A program made the translations under genes and the position numbers. Shown in pieces: positions 16,678-31,463 of a DNA stretch of 64,000 nt. Below the pieces are notes generated by a model that was not told the origin of the DNA, made no database searches, and was given only the letters and a program-made list of their open reading frames with translations. The stretch is from the human T2T-CHM13v2.0 reference genome, Homo sapiens. The stretch lies in the NCBI RefSeq assembly GCF_009914755.1, contig NC_060941.1; one strand, given 5' to 3'. The first letter of the stretch is position 1, and the number at the start of each line of letters is the position of its first letter.

Positions 16678-16792
16678 GGTTCTCCCCGGTGCACAAGAAC
16701 ATGCCCACCGTGGCTGGCGGCCTCCGCTGGGCACAGGAGCTGAGGCAGCGCATCCAGGGTCCTTTCAGCAACTTTGGACGCATCACACACCC
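16678..16792 (+). CDS. DNAH9: DNAH9 coding exon (probably exon 10), 115 nt, (G)FSPVHKNMPTVAGGLRWAQELRQRIQGPFSNFGRITH(P)
   Basis: tctccag|GG acceptor and CC|gtgagt donor; conserved KNMPxVAG..W dynein tail motif; phase 1-2. Confidence 0.95.
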
Positions 16793-17149
16793 GTGAGTAT
16801 TGTGTTCCTGAAAGACAGGCTTGTCTTGGGCTGCTGTTCCTGCTCTAGAATCTGAGTGTTGTAGAAATGCAACCTGCTTAACGAAGGCCAGAAAATCATC
16901 TTCCTTTCTTTCCATTTCCAGCAAGGGATTAGACACCTATTGGCAAAACAGTCATGATATTGATGCATTTGGACTGAAGGGCAGGGCCCTTGGTGTTAAG
17001 TGCTGTAACTGGCTGACTCATTTTGCTCTGGGGGATTCATTTCTGGAGGACAGTGAGCCAGGGATTTTAAGCTCTGTGGAGTTCTTCCACACGTCTCCCT
17101 TTGACATCATGTCTCCTTGCTGCTGAGGCCACTGGAAAGTAATGAAGCC

Positions 17150-17335
17150 CAGTGTTTCCTCAAGTGCAGTATGAGGTCTCTGTCCATCAGGATAACTCTG
17201 GAAAACCTGTTAAAGATGCACATTCCAGGGCCTCACCTGTCACTGGCTGAATCTGAATCTGGTGTGGGCTGTGAATCTGCCCCTTCAGCAAGCTCCTCCT
17301 GTGATTCTGACGGTGACCAGGTTTGGAAACCCTCA
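17150..17335. mobile_element. MER5A-like hAT MITE
   Basis: cagtgtttcctcaagtg...catcaggataactctggaaaacctgttaaagatgcacattcc...tgtgattctga...gtttggaaacc. Confidence 0.65.
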
Positions 17336-18651
17336 GCTTGCTTCATAGCTGAGGTTAGAAGCTGAGATAGAAGCAACTCAGCTGCTAATTGTGATGTTGT
17401 GTTTAAGACGCTGGCTGAGGAAAGGCAGTCTTTCTCTGATACCTCTTTCTAAAAGACTTAATCTTGCTGACAGCACACAGGTTTTGGAAAACACAACAGA
17501 AGGAAAAGAATCAAACTCTGGCCATTGGACTCACAGGCTTTTTGGAGTTAGGAAGAGCCTTAGAGACCCTCTGGTCTGGCCCAAGTGGGAAGACTCAACA
17601 CCATCAGAGGCCAGACAAATGGATGGCCAGGATGGGGTCTGCAGGGGGCCACCAGCACCCCACTCCAGCATTGCCAAGCAGAAAAGCAGACCCAATGTGA
17701 GCAATCTCCTGACTGTTGGAGATAAGCTGGAAACTGGATTTTAGAGTTGGACATCCAATTTTCCAATGATCAAGGATTCCATTTTTTCTCAAACTCTGTG
17801 CAGAACTAACAAAGCATGCCTGTGAGGCAGGTCTGCCCAGCGGCTGACCCATTTGCAGCATCTGCTTGGGTGTGGGCGAGATCTTTATTTTCAGATGAAG
17901 AAATGGAGGAAATGAAGAGAGAAGGGAGGTGACTTGCCCAAGGTCCTAGAGACAGCCAAAGAAAGAACTGGAAGAAATGCCTGATTCTCCAGGCTCCTAA
18001 TCCAGAATGCTTCCCGGGGACCCCCCAGCCCTGGAAGTTTGGCGGGGAGTAGATCTGAGCCCTCATGCATCTCAATCACGCAGCAGAAGGCAGAAGGGAG
18101 AAGATAGGTGAATGGGGTGGGGAGGGGTGCCAGGGCTGCCCCTAGAATGTGGACTGCCACAGCTGTCACAGGTCTGGTTCCCAGGAAGCAGACCTATGAT
18201 GTGTGTGCAGGAATTTATAGAGATCCTTTCAGGAACAGCACTCATGAGGAAGGGAGGGGAAACAGATCGGGCAGAGAAAGAAGTTGAGCTGCTGAGCTGC
18301 AAGAAAGTTGCAATGGGGGTCTCAGCTGGTCCTCCAGGGAGTTTGGGCCCTTCAGAGCTGTTCTGCCTCCGTACCCCTACATCAGCTGGTAGGATGTGGG
18401 CTTTCCTGGGGAGGGGCGTGACCTTTGGGTGAGGCAGCTCTCTCTGGCCAAGGCTGCTCCCAAAGAGGGAGGCAGCGGTACTTCTGCAGCAGCCAACACT
18501 CCTGGCTGGAGGGGACAGGGCGAGGCAGGGGTTGAAGCAGGAAGGTTTGGAGGTGTACCAGGGCCTGGTCCCAAGAGGCGATCTGGAAGGCACACAACAG
18601 AGACCTCTATAATTCCCGTGAAAACTCCCCCTTGTTTTAAAAATGAATTCA

Positions 18652-18969
<318 letters not shown>

Positions 18970-19908
18970 GTGTATTCTATTCCATAATAGGTATTGATTG
19001 GTTATTGAAAATGTTTTAGATTCCTCACCATGAAGTGACATGGGAACTGCAGGAATTTCACTGTGCTTATTCCTGTGACTTCCCAGACCCACTCGGCCAC
19101 ACGCCCACGTGAGAAGCCTCACTCTGCTCTGGCCTCATTCTTTTCTAGATACAAAACTGAGACCCGGGGTTGGGGCCTGTGGGGCTTGTGGAAATCACAC
19201 AGCTTGGCAAGGGAAAGCGCCCATTCGGGCTGGAGCATATTCTACCTCTCCTTGCTGCCTGGCAGATGCATCTGCTCTTTCATCACAAACGTGGACTGAG
19301 TAATCAGGGGGAAAAAAAAACGCCAGCAAATTCATTGCTTTCTCTGCAGGCGCTAGGGCTTCTGTGGAAAGCTCGAGGGATCTGATGAAGAAATCCTATG
19401 TTGGTTTAAAGAGCAGATGGATTTTAAGGAATCTCTGCAGTAAGCTGCCTCATTTTGCCAGCAGGTCAAATAGAAACAAACCACCACATAGTTAGTGTGA
19501 AGATTTTGAAGAATTAAAGATACTTCACCAATTTCTTCCAGGACTGGACTTTCATTAGTGTTGTGGGAAGTGTCAAAACCAGTTGAGGGTAACCGTACCT
19601 CGAGCCACACTCTCTTCCGTGGTCCTTAGCATTCCTGCAGAAGCCTCCATTTGTGTGTGCACACTTGTGTTTACACATGTTATATGTACGTCCATGTGCA
19701 CTTTCATGTATGTGTATTACATGTGCACATGTTTCAGGGGTAAGAGCTGGGAGGGACCCTCATGTAAAAACGTGAAGAAGTGGTAGTGTTTCGGATCGCG
19801 TGTTCTAGATGGATTTCAGAAAAGGGGAAACATATATTTAAATATATAAAAAACATGTTAATATATCTGTACCTATATAGATATTTACCTGGCATATAGT
19901 GTTATAGA

Positions 19909-20654
19909 CAATCATGTATTACTTCACAATGGGGTTATGTTCTGAGAAATATATCCTTAGGCAATTTCATCATTATGTGAACATCATAGAGTGTATTTAC
20001 ACAAACCTATGTCTATGGTCTAGAGTATTGTTCCTAGGCTACAAATGCCCTATGGTCTAGCTTAGCCTAGGAGCAATACGCTCTATGATCAACACGCTCT
20101 ATGATCAATATGCTCTATGATCAATACGTTCTATGATCAATACGCTTTATGGTCTAGCTTAGCCTATGATCAATACACTCTATGATCAATACACTCTATG
20201 GTCCAGTGTATTGCTCCCAGGCTACAAACCTGTGCAGCGAGTGACTGTCCTGAGTATTGCAGGCAATTGTAGCACTATACTAAGTGTTTGTGTATCTAAA
20301 CATATCTGAACATAGAAAAAGTACAGCAAAAAATAAGGTATAAAAGATTTAAAAAATGGTACGCTTGTGTAGGACACTTACCATGAATGGAGCTCACAGG
20401 ACTGGAAGTTGCTGTAGGTGAGTCAGTGAGTGGGTGGTGAGTGAATGCGAAGGCCTAGGACATTACTGTACACTTTTATACGATTGGCAGCACAGTAGGT
20501 TTGTTTACACCAGCATCACCACAGCCATGGGAGTAATGCGTTGCACCATGTCAACAGGCAATAGGAATTTTTCAGCGTCATTAAAATCTTATGGGACCGC
20601 AGTCACATACGTGTATATATGTTGACCAAAATGCCATTATGTGGTGCATGACTG
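19909..20654 (-). mobile_element. Tigger3/MER7-type TcMar DNA transposon derivative
   Basis: Ends caatcatg... and ...catgactg followed by TA; internal gttctgagaaat, tcttatgggacc and gttgaccaaaatg motifs. Confidence 0.75.
20074..20202. repeat. 16-bp minisatellite (caatacgctctatgat)n, about 7 copies plus one variant unit
   Basis: Directly visible tandem units. Confidence 0.9.
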
Positions 20655-20861
20655 TATATAACATTGATGGTCTTAAATACAGAAAATTACAGCACCTAGA
20701 ATTTTTTCATATCTCAATTTCCCTTTTATTCAGATTTTTGAAGGACCTTACATACCTTGTGTGTGACTGGCTCAGCTAGGTGAGGGTGCTGGTGGAGCTG
20801 CGGGCAGGAAAGGTTATGAGAGCTCTGACACTTGCGGAGCTGCCTGCGTTTCAGGAAGTGC

Positions 20862-20880
20862 AGATGCCCTCTAGTGGCCA
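20862..20880 (-). promoter_or_regulatory. Candidate CTCF site TGGCCACTAGAGGGCATCT
   Basis: Near-consensus CTCF core (CCACTAGAGGGC) on the minus strand, adjacent ETS-like caggaagtg, local CpG retention. Motif only, no binding data. Confidence 0.6.
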
Positions 20881-21038
20881 GAGTAAGATGTTCGCGAAGA
20901 AGAAAGGCTCTTTCAGGGCTGTTTGGAAACGAGCCAAGGAGCTATTCACGCTCTTCTTTGGAGACTGCAGTTTGTTCCTCGGATTATTACTTTAACTTCT
21001 TCTAATTCTGTGTCACTTTTTCTCTTTTGTACGAGTAG

Positions 21039-21107
21039 TTGCATGGAATCTGCAGAAGGAAAGCGAATGCAACAAAAATATGAAGATATGCTGTCATTGC
21101 TAGAAAA
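21039..21107 (+). CDS. DNAH9: DNAH9 coding exon (probably exon 11), 69 nt, CMESAEGKRMQQKYEDMLSLLE(K)
   Basis: gagtag|T acceptor and AA|gtaagc donor; phase 2-2 keeps the frame. Confidence 0.92.
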
Positions 21108-22258
21108 GTAAGCAACTTCTGGCATTGCGTGGGTCTGCAGATTGCACAGCCTCCATGCTGCCTTTTGCAGCTCCGAGTTTGTGCAGATTCCTCAGTGGCT
21201 CCGAAGTATCACTCTATGTTTTATGTTATAACCACGATATTTGTGAGTACAGTATTTCCGGGTTGCACACACACAGGGTATCTGGGGAATTCAGCTGTAT
21301 TCTGGAAATAAATACTTTTCCAGTGTAGTTTTGCTGGGAGTGTGAACTAGAGCTAGGAGTGGGGTGCTACTCATGGAACTCCGAGACGGATGTCACGGAA
21401 AATTGCAACAGCTGCTTACTCAGCAGAAAGCAACAGTGCATGCTGCACAAAGAGACAATAAGTTTTAAAAAGTACTTCCTGCATCATTTTATTGAGAAAG
21501 CATAAGAGTGAAAATTTTATATGACTTCAAAGTTGTAACTGCTTTAAAGCTGAATAAGTCTTTCCAGGGCTTAGGGTCTAGAAACAGCCATTGTCTTGAT
21601 TTCTCCTTCTGCCATTTGTTCTTTCTCCTGGTTCAGGAGGGAAGAATGGTGGCCGTTGAGATTATAATTGTGATTATGCTTAGCATTGTTCCAGACAGAT
21701 TAATTAACAGCACCTCTACCTGGCAAGTAACACACATTCCACCCCTTTTACCTCTAAAATAACTTCAAGTCCATCCACTCCTCTTTGTCTCCACCACCAG
21801 TGTCTTCACAAGAGACTGGAACTTCTCCAGGCTGAACTGCTGCAGTGGCTTCCTAACAGTCCTTGCTGCCTCCAGATCTGTTCCCCTCAGTACCCACATT
21901 GTTACCAAATCCAATAATGTCACCATAGCCACCACCAGCTGGGAGGCCTTGCGGTGGTTCTCACAGCCTCCTTAACATGACATGAAAAGTCTTCCTTGAG
22001 GTGGTTTTTGCCTCCTCGTCACCACCTCCAGCCTCTGCCATGCTCTGTAGTCCTTGTTTCAAGCACACAGTTTCAAGCATGCTGTTTCTCACCTCTACCC
22101 TTTGGCTACACCAGGAATGCTCACTCTCCCTTTGCCACCCAACCTCTGGCCATCCTCTGAGACCCAAGCAAGCATCCCTTCATCACCTCTCCTATGAAAC
22201 CTTCCCTGACATTCTCCTTATCATCCCCAGCCTTCCACCTCTGCTATTAGGTGCCTGA

Positions 22259-22696
<438 letters not shown>

Positions 22697-22940
22697 CTGT
22701 ACATTTCTTTAGGATTGCAGTTGCTGCACTGTGTCAGGGTGATCTGTTGGCCTGCGATCCCCACCATTAACTGCCTTTACTGTCAGGTACTCATCCATCA
22801 TTTGTATCCCCGAAGTCCAGCACATGGTAGGTGCTTGGTCAGTGTGTCATGACTGAATGATGAACGTCCATGAGCTACGTAAAGATTAGTGTGAGAGCGA
22901 ATCTTCCCCAGTAACTTCTTGCAACATTTACTGAGACTAA

Positions 22941-23330
<390 letters not shown>

Positions 23331-23471
23331 TTTGTGGTTACTCTCAGAAGCTGACCCAGCCTGGTTGGGTCAATGACTAGTAGTATCTTCAATTTATGTT
23401 ACAGATCATGACCAGGCACCGGCGAGCTGGGAGGGGGCTTATGAGGTGGATGTTGTCTCTGACCCTTGCAG

Positions 23472-23598
23472 GTATGAGACAAGACTTTATGAGGATTGGT
23501 GCCGGACAGTATCAGAGAAGTCACAGTACAATCTTTCCCAACCACTTCTAAAACGTGACCCAGAGACGAAGGAGATCACTATCAACTTTAACCCACAG
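23472..23598 (+). CDS. DNAH9: DNAH9 coding exon (probably exon 12), 127 nt, YETRLYEDWCRTVSEKSQYNLSQPLLKRDPETKEITINFNPQ
   Basis: cttgcag|G acceptor and CAG|gtcagt donor; L.QPLL...NF.P motif; phase 2-0. Confidence 0.95.
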
Positions 23599-23681
23599 GT
23601 CAGTTGGCTGACAGTAGCTCTCTTTTGGGTTCCTGAAGAGTTTCTTTGAACTCTGCTGATTTCAAAAGCGTAAAGACTTTT

Positions 23682-23814
<133 letters not shown>

Positions 23815-24212
23815 TAAGAACATGCAAAAGATTCTCAAAATAATTTGTACCCTGGATTTCTTTTTTGGGATGAATTCTGGGGTGTAGTGTTTTATTAAGT
23901 TGTCCATGTTCACATTTTTCACTAGGGTTGCTCAATATATTTGCTTCAATTTTGCACAACAGGAAGTACTACAAAAGATCACCAATCATTTGGTAACAAA
24001 CATAGCCCACTGGGCCTACCTTGAACTTACCATGTCTGAAGGCCATTGACTAGATGCTGGAGGGCCAACCAAGTGCATATAAGACTTGACTCCTGCCCTC
24101 AAGGAACCCACGGTCTAGTTGGGGGTCACAACCTTAACATGCAAAATTTTATCTTCACTAGATGGCATATGGTAAATCCCAGAGGAGTGGCTTTGGAAAT
24201 AAGACTCTAGAT

Positions 24213-24402
24213 TAGTGGTTCTCAACTGGTGGTGATTTTGTCCTCCTGGAAACATTTTTGTTTGTCAAACTAGGCGGGAGTGCCAATGGCATTTAGTGGA
24301 TAGATAGCAGGGATACTGCTAAACTTCTTGCAATGCACAGGACTGTGTACCACCACAGAGTTACTTGTCAAAAATGTGAATAGTGCTGAGGTTGAGAAAC
24401 TG
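24213..24402. mobile_element. MER20 hAT MITE
   Basis: agtggttctcaact...ggcatttagtggatag...aatagtgctgaggttgagaaactg. Confidence 0.75.
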
Positions 24403-25185
24403 TTTTAGATGATCAGAAGGATGGAAGACCAGTGGGGACCGTAGCAGCCACAGAAAGTTTAATGCTGGAGAAAAATGATAACTAAAGGTTAGTTGGTTTC
24501 AAAAATAATATTACTCAGGTTGAAAAAAACTGTATTGGTCACACTAAGCTAAAAGCAGTCACCTACATCTGCCTTGATGGCGTATGCTCCAGGAATGCAC
24601 TATAGATTGAGCTGAAAACCAAGCTGATAGCATATTGGTGTCTTTCAAGAAAATTGCAATTTAAGTAGAACATTGCTTCCTCCTCTGCAATCAAAGTCAA
24701 CAAGGAATATAGAGAATTCATGTCTTCACTTTGGCAAGACGTGAGTCTGTTTAACTTACTGAACTCCTTGGATCAATTTCATTGGCATTCACTGTGAGCA
24801 ATATTGAATATTAAATGCCTAAAGAGATGAATATCTGGATTACCAAGTAGGCCACAGTTTCCATGTTGTAATATAGTAATTAAGCCCTTGAGATAAGTCC
24901 TCAGTATAAGATATATTACTATATAGTAATTAAGTCCTTGGTATATAACCATACTTGGTCATGTATTGAAGATGGACCAGCCTCTGTATACTCCAAGGAC
25001 AAGGACCTTATCTGCCTTAATGTGTAACACATAGGGCACACTTTATAGATGTTTGCAGGCCATAGAAGGGAAAGGAGGGAGGAAAGAAGAAAAAGGGGGG
25101 TAGGGATAAATATTAATACCTAAACTATAATGTGAGTTGATGGGGGACAACTACAAGCTTAACAAGTCAAAGAAGAACACCATCA

Positions 25186-25541
<356 letters not shown>

Positions 25542-25712
25542 GAATGAACAGTAACACACTTATCTTATTAGTCTAGAGGGACATGATCAGAAATTTGCCC
25601 CTCTGGGGACAGGATAAGAATTGTATAGGTTAAGTTTTTCAAATTTATGTAAATCATTTAAATTATTTAAATGTCTTATTGTTGGGCATTTACATCATTT
25701 TACAGTTTCATC

Positions 25713-25881
25713 AGTCTATATTTCATTGATTCTAGGAGGCATCTTTTTACATATTTATATCTCTGAAATTGGCATGTTTTTAGTTTAATAGACTGCATGT
25801 TTTTGTTTTTTCTTTTGTTGCGTATAAAATAATAGTGAATCTTACAATTGATGACATCTTAAACTGGATAAAGCATGGTAT
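25713..25881. mobile_element. MER104-like TcMar MITE, followed by an old L1M fragment to about 26580
   Basis: tatttcattgattctagg...tctctgaaattgg...tcttacaattgatgacatcttaaactggataaagcatgg. Confidence 0.55.
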
Positions 25882-27467
25882 AAATAATGCTACAACAAAT
25901 ATCCCTAGTTTTGATTGTATGCATTCCTGATTATTTCTTTAGGATAAAAGTCCAGAAATGGAATTTCTGGGCTAACGGGCATTCACATTTTGAGACTTTT
26001 CATGTATATTATCAACTTGTTCTTTAGAAAGATGAAACTCAGTCATTTTCCTGCCAACAAGATACTGTTCATTTCTTCAAATAGTTTCCAGACTGTTGAA
26101 CTAAAAGAAAAAAACTCAATGTTGTTCAATTTGCATGTATTTGATTACTAGTAAATGTGAATTTTTATCATATATTCATTACTCATGTATATTTATTCTT
26201 CTTTGAATTGCTTGTTCATGTCCTTTGCCCACTTGCTAGTGGAAGTACCCTCTCTTCCTGTGAATTTGTTAGGATACTTAGGAAATATGTGACAGATACT
26301 AAGAAATCTGCTCCAAAAATTTTGCCAGTTTAAATGGCCAAATATGTTGGCCATTTTATGTTGATATTTTATGCGCAAAAGTTTTTATGTTTTGTGGTTT
26401 TATGTTTGGAATGACTTTCTCTACTTCCCTATTATATTAATAGCCCCACATCTTTCTTTTAATTATTTTCTTTTCACTTTTTACAGTTAAATTATTAATA
26501 TCTATCTTGAGCTAGAACTAGAAGACTGAGTCCATTTCCCCACAAAATGGTTAGCATTTGTCTGAATGCTGAGTAGGGTTTGCCCACTAGCAATAAAGAA
26601 TTGACCCAGAGTACTGGAAGGAGAGCTAGGAGCCAGGTGTCTTCATATGAGGGGGAGATAGGGAGAACCTGGGGCCATCTGTTCATCACTTGTACCTATG
26701 CCCATCAGTCCTCATGGGTTCAGACAGAAACATCAATAAATAAGGAAGGATGAAGAAGAGAGTGCCTGGAAACCCTGTTTCATTGGACAAATCTTTCTCC
26801 TTGGCTTCTCACTTCTTCAGTTGCTGCTGAATTTGGGACCCCACAGAAGTTCAACGCAGCCTGGATGAGTTCCATTTCCTGAACCCCTAGCATGTTAAGA
26901 CACAAGGAAATGCCAGCAGAGAGTTACAGAAGTTGTGGGATATTCCAAATGATTGCATTGAATAACTAAAGTTTTATTATGGGCACCTCCTCTCAATCCT
27001 GCCAGTGTCTCGCTATAACTGTTTCATTTGGAGAGAATGCCAGAAGTCTGAACTTGAGGCTTCTCATGAATGTTGGTAGCCCAGGCCAGATGATTCTCCT
27101 CCTTTAGGCCACCACCCTTGGATGGGAACTGGCTGGGCCCCTATGAGCCCATCATTTCCGCAGCCACATTGTCCAAAGCACAGAAGGCAGAGCCCTCCCC
27201 TGCTATCACACTTGTCTCTGTTCTCAGGTTTTCCTCTTCTTTATGATGTATAGATTTAGGAGCCTTCTTTCTTTCCGAGACATCTTCCTTCTGCCTGATA
27301 CTTGATTTTCCTTTTCTGAGACTAGATTTAAGAAACTGATAGGAGCAGAACTTAAGAAAAGACCCAGAAGATCTTTGGGCCTCCTGGGATTGTCCAGTCT
27401 TTGACCAATGCTGCAGATTATTCATTATCACTGAACGACAGACACTTGTGTTGCTTCTTTTCTCCAG

Positions 27468-27723
27468 CTGATTTCAGTGCTGAAAGAAATGAGCTATCTT
27501 GAACCCAGAGAGATGAAACACATGCCTGAGACAGCAGCAGCCATGTTCTCCTCCAGGGATTTCTATCGGCAGCTTGTGGCTAATTTAGAGTTGATGGCAA
27601 ATTGGTACAACAAGGTTATGAAAACTCTGCTGGAGGTGGAATTTCCATTAGTGGAGGAAGAGCTGCAAAATATTGATCTCCGCCTCAGAGCAGCAGAGGA
27701 GACTTTGAACTGGAAAACAGAAG
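27468..27723 (+). CDS. DNAH9: DNAH9 coding exon (probably exon 13), 256 nt, LISVLKEMSYLE...WYNKVMKTLLEVEFPLV...LNWKTE
   Basis: tctccag|CTG acceptor and AAG|gtaaca donor; WYN...LLEVEFPL dynein motif; phase 0-1. Confidence 0.95.
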
Positions 27724-28625
27724 GTAACAGGGCACCATCTGAAGTCTGACAAAAACATGGAGATTCGAGGATCTAATAAAGTTCATAGAACCTCCAATTA
27801 TTCCCTGGTAATCTTATTTGGGGTTGAAACATAAGTCTGTCTTCTCCTTTGACACATATCCAAGCAGAGAAGGCAAGAAGGGTTGGTATTCCTTTTTTTC
27901 CTTTTCTATGGATATAGTTGATAAATTTAGAAAACCTTGCTGCCATGCATGTTGGGAGGCTCAGAAGTTGCATAAGATCTCCTACAGTCTCCAGCATATA
28001 TTGGGTGCTCCATGAGTGACAGCTCTTACTATATTATCTTTGTTATTTAATTTTCTTAACTAGATTGTAAGCATCTTAAAGCAGTATGCATTGACTTCTC
28101 TGGTATCTCTCAATTCAATACACTTTCATTGGCTGATTAATACGCGCAGGGTACTGTGTGACAAATTAGATTTGAGGTGTATGGGACATGGTCTCTACCC
28201 TCAAAGAGCTCACATTTAGTGGGGACAACAGACAGATATACAACATAACTTATACAGAGCCATATGATGACTTTCATGAAAAGCCATCATAGAGGTAAAA
28301 ATGAAGTGTGATGAATAGCAGGAGAGGGATTCACAGGAGGGAATCACAGGAGAGGGAGATTAATTCGAATTAGGGTCCTCAGAAGTGTTAAAGTTTGAAA
28401 AAAAAAGATTATAGTTGATTCATGAAAGTCTTAGAATGCCATATTAAACAAGTTAGAACTTTATTTCATATACAAGAGGAAAAGACATTTTCAAAATTTA
28501 ACATGATGAAAGTGCTTAAAACATTAAAAGAAAGATTAACCCAAATAAGGTCATCAAGTCTCACTGGTGTTTGGATATAAAATTGCATTCCCTAGCAGCT
28601 GTACCAGCTTTTGTGTGCTTGGTAA

Positions 28626-28984
<359 letters not shown>

Positions 28985-29160
28985 AGGGTTGGCTTTTTAA
29001 TACAACTAGGAGGGAGAATATTCTGACGATAATGAAGTTACCTGTGTAGAAAAGTCTTATAACACTCGCAAGTATTAAATCCCTGTCTTTCATAGCAACT
29101 AGCCCTTTAGCTATGCCACTGCAGGCTATTTCAATTAATTATGTTTCTTTTGGGGAACAG

Positions 29161-29402
29161 GCATTTGCGATTATGTCACTGAAATCACCAGTAGTATTCA
29201 TGATCTTGAACAAAGAATTCAGAAAACTAAAGACAATGTGGAAGAGATCCAAAACATCATGAAAACATGGGTGACTCCAATATTTAAGACAAAAGATGGA
29301 AAAAGGGAATCCCTTCTTTCTCTGGATGATCGGCATGATCGAATGGAAAAATATTACAATCTCATCAAGGAATCTGGCCTTAAGATCCACGCCCTTGTTC
29401 AG
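29161..29402 (+). CDS. DNAH9: DNAH9 coding exon (probably exon 14), 242 nt, (G)ICDYVTEITSSIHDLEQRIQKTKDNVEEI...KIHALVQ
   Basis: gaacag|GC acceptor and CAG|gtaata donor; phase 1-0; open frame. Confidence 0.94.
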
Positions 29403-30467
29403 GTAATAACCCAGCCACTCAGGCGCACATACTACGAGTTTAGGGAAAGCATCAAAAAGTGTGTTTGGATGAATAAGTGATTAGGACAGTCAGTAAGTGC
29501 AGTGTCTTCCGAAGACAAGGATAGAAGTTTAGGCTGATAGCAAAAGACTAAAGCTAATAGACTGGGCAAATGAAAAGTTGCATTTTGGTATCAATGTGTT
29601 GAAATTATTACTATCTTCATGGTGACAACATTTAATTGTCACATGACTTCGGTCTCACACCTACCCCCAAGGGAACAGAAGAAGATGACAAGGGCAAAAT
29701 TCCAAATTATCCACTGCAGTAACCATCCCCATCCCGGCTTGCCCACACAACATATTGTGGTCCTCCAGCATCATCCTTATAACCCGGCTCCGTAGAGCCT
29801 AAAGAAATGAAAGACTACCGTGGTATCTCTAACTGTGTGTGATAAGAGGAAAAAATGCAGAGTGCTACACTTCATGCTGTAAAGCTCTGCCCTGCATTAG
29901 TGGTCAGGGAAACTTTACGTCCCATCATCAAAGACTGAAGCTTCCTTGTGAACAATGGGAAAGGATTATAAATGGCCACCAGCTCCAGCCCTACGCAAGT
30001 AGCTATAGGGCCATGTCTGACAAGTTGACTCCTGTGGAAAGTCACAAGTGAATCACAGTTGTTATCTGTGGATTTTCTGTGGTTCGAAGCACAATAAAAA
30101 TGTTGAGCCTTAAGCACTAATGATTACCAGAATTAAGATAATTATCCCAATTTTATCTTTGAGAGTAAAGAGCTGCTCAAGTTGAAGAGTCCCTCAAGTT
30201 GATTTAATTTTTAACCCCTTCTGTCCCCACATCCAGTAAATCAGCAGCTGTTGTAGAACCCAGCCATCTGCTTTTCATTCGTCTTTCTTTCATCCAACTG
30301 TTCATTCATCCACTCATTCACCCATCCATCCATCAGCTGTATTTCCATAGCTATCCTGGGCACTGTATCCAATACCAAGAAAATGTAAGATATAGTCCCC
30401 GCTTTGAGGTAGAAGAAAACCATCAAGCAAAAAAAGGAATTACTTAAGATTTTAAAAGTTTAAAATC

Positions 30468-30523
30468 GATCTATCATCCATCTATCGTCTATGTATCTAT
30501 CTATTGATCTATCACCTATCTAT
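30468..30523. repeat. Degenerate (TCTA)n microsatellite
   Basis: Directly visible. Confidence 0.75.
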
Positions 30524-30955
30524 GTGATGACAAATGCTCAAATCCATGCTCTTGAAAGTCAGAATGAGAAAAAATTCAGACAAATCACAAAATCAGTGAG
30601 ACAAGCACAGTGACCTAGAAAAAAGTACATATTGTAACATTTTAATTATCCAGGGGTCAACCAGGAAATAACCAAAAATGGCCACAAGCCAAAATACTTA
30701 TCACAAGAGTCTCTAAAAGTTCAGACACTTTAATAATAATTCTTACTATAACACAATAATAGTAGTTGATATTTATCTAGTATCTACTATACACTACCAT
30801 ACAGTGCCAGGCACTGTCCTAAGCATTGTCCATTTCATGTAATTCTCATGAAAATCAGATACTTTCATTATCATTTTATTGATAAGAAAACGAAGGCACA
30901 GACAGGCTAAATTAATTGTCTGTAGCTGCCCAGTTAATAGGAAGCAGAGCTGTCT

Positions 30956-31429
30956 GACTGTAGCTCTGCATTTATCCAATATATTACACAACCTCCAGGG
31001 TAGTCATAAAGGTCCCTCAGGTCAAATACAAAACTTAGTAATTAGGCCTTAAATAATGTTTGCCTTTTGATAATTTAAATATTTTTAGACAAAAACCACT
31101 GAACAGAAGCTCCACGAACAGAAGACATTTTTATCTTTTTCTGCTAATTGGTACATAGGCACCCATCACCCAAGCAGTGTACACTGTACCCAGTGTGTAG
31201 TCTTTTACCCTCACCCACCTCCCACCCTTTCCTCCGAGTCCCCAAAGTCCATTGTATCCTCCTTATGCCTTTGCCTCCTCATAGTTTAGCTCCCACTTAT
31301 GAGTGAGAACATACAACGTTTGGTTTTCCATTCCTGAGTTACTTCACTTAGAATAATGGTCTCCAAGTCCATCCAGGTTGCTGCAAATGCCATTATTTCA
31401 TTCCTTTTCATGGCTGAGTAGCATTCCAT

Positions 31430-31463
<34 letters not shown>

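Noticed and set aside
20074-20202. CRISPR-like array
   Set aside because: No unique spacers, mammalian intron, no cas genes; it is a minisatellite
26332-26356. 10-bp hairpin aaatggccaa-atatg-ttggccattt
   Set aside because: Short, inside a degraded L1 fragment, with no pre-miRNA or terminator context
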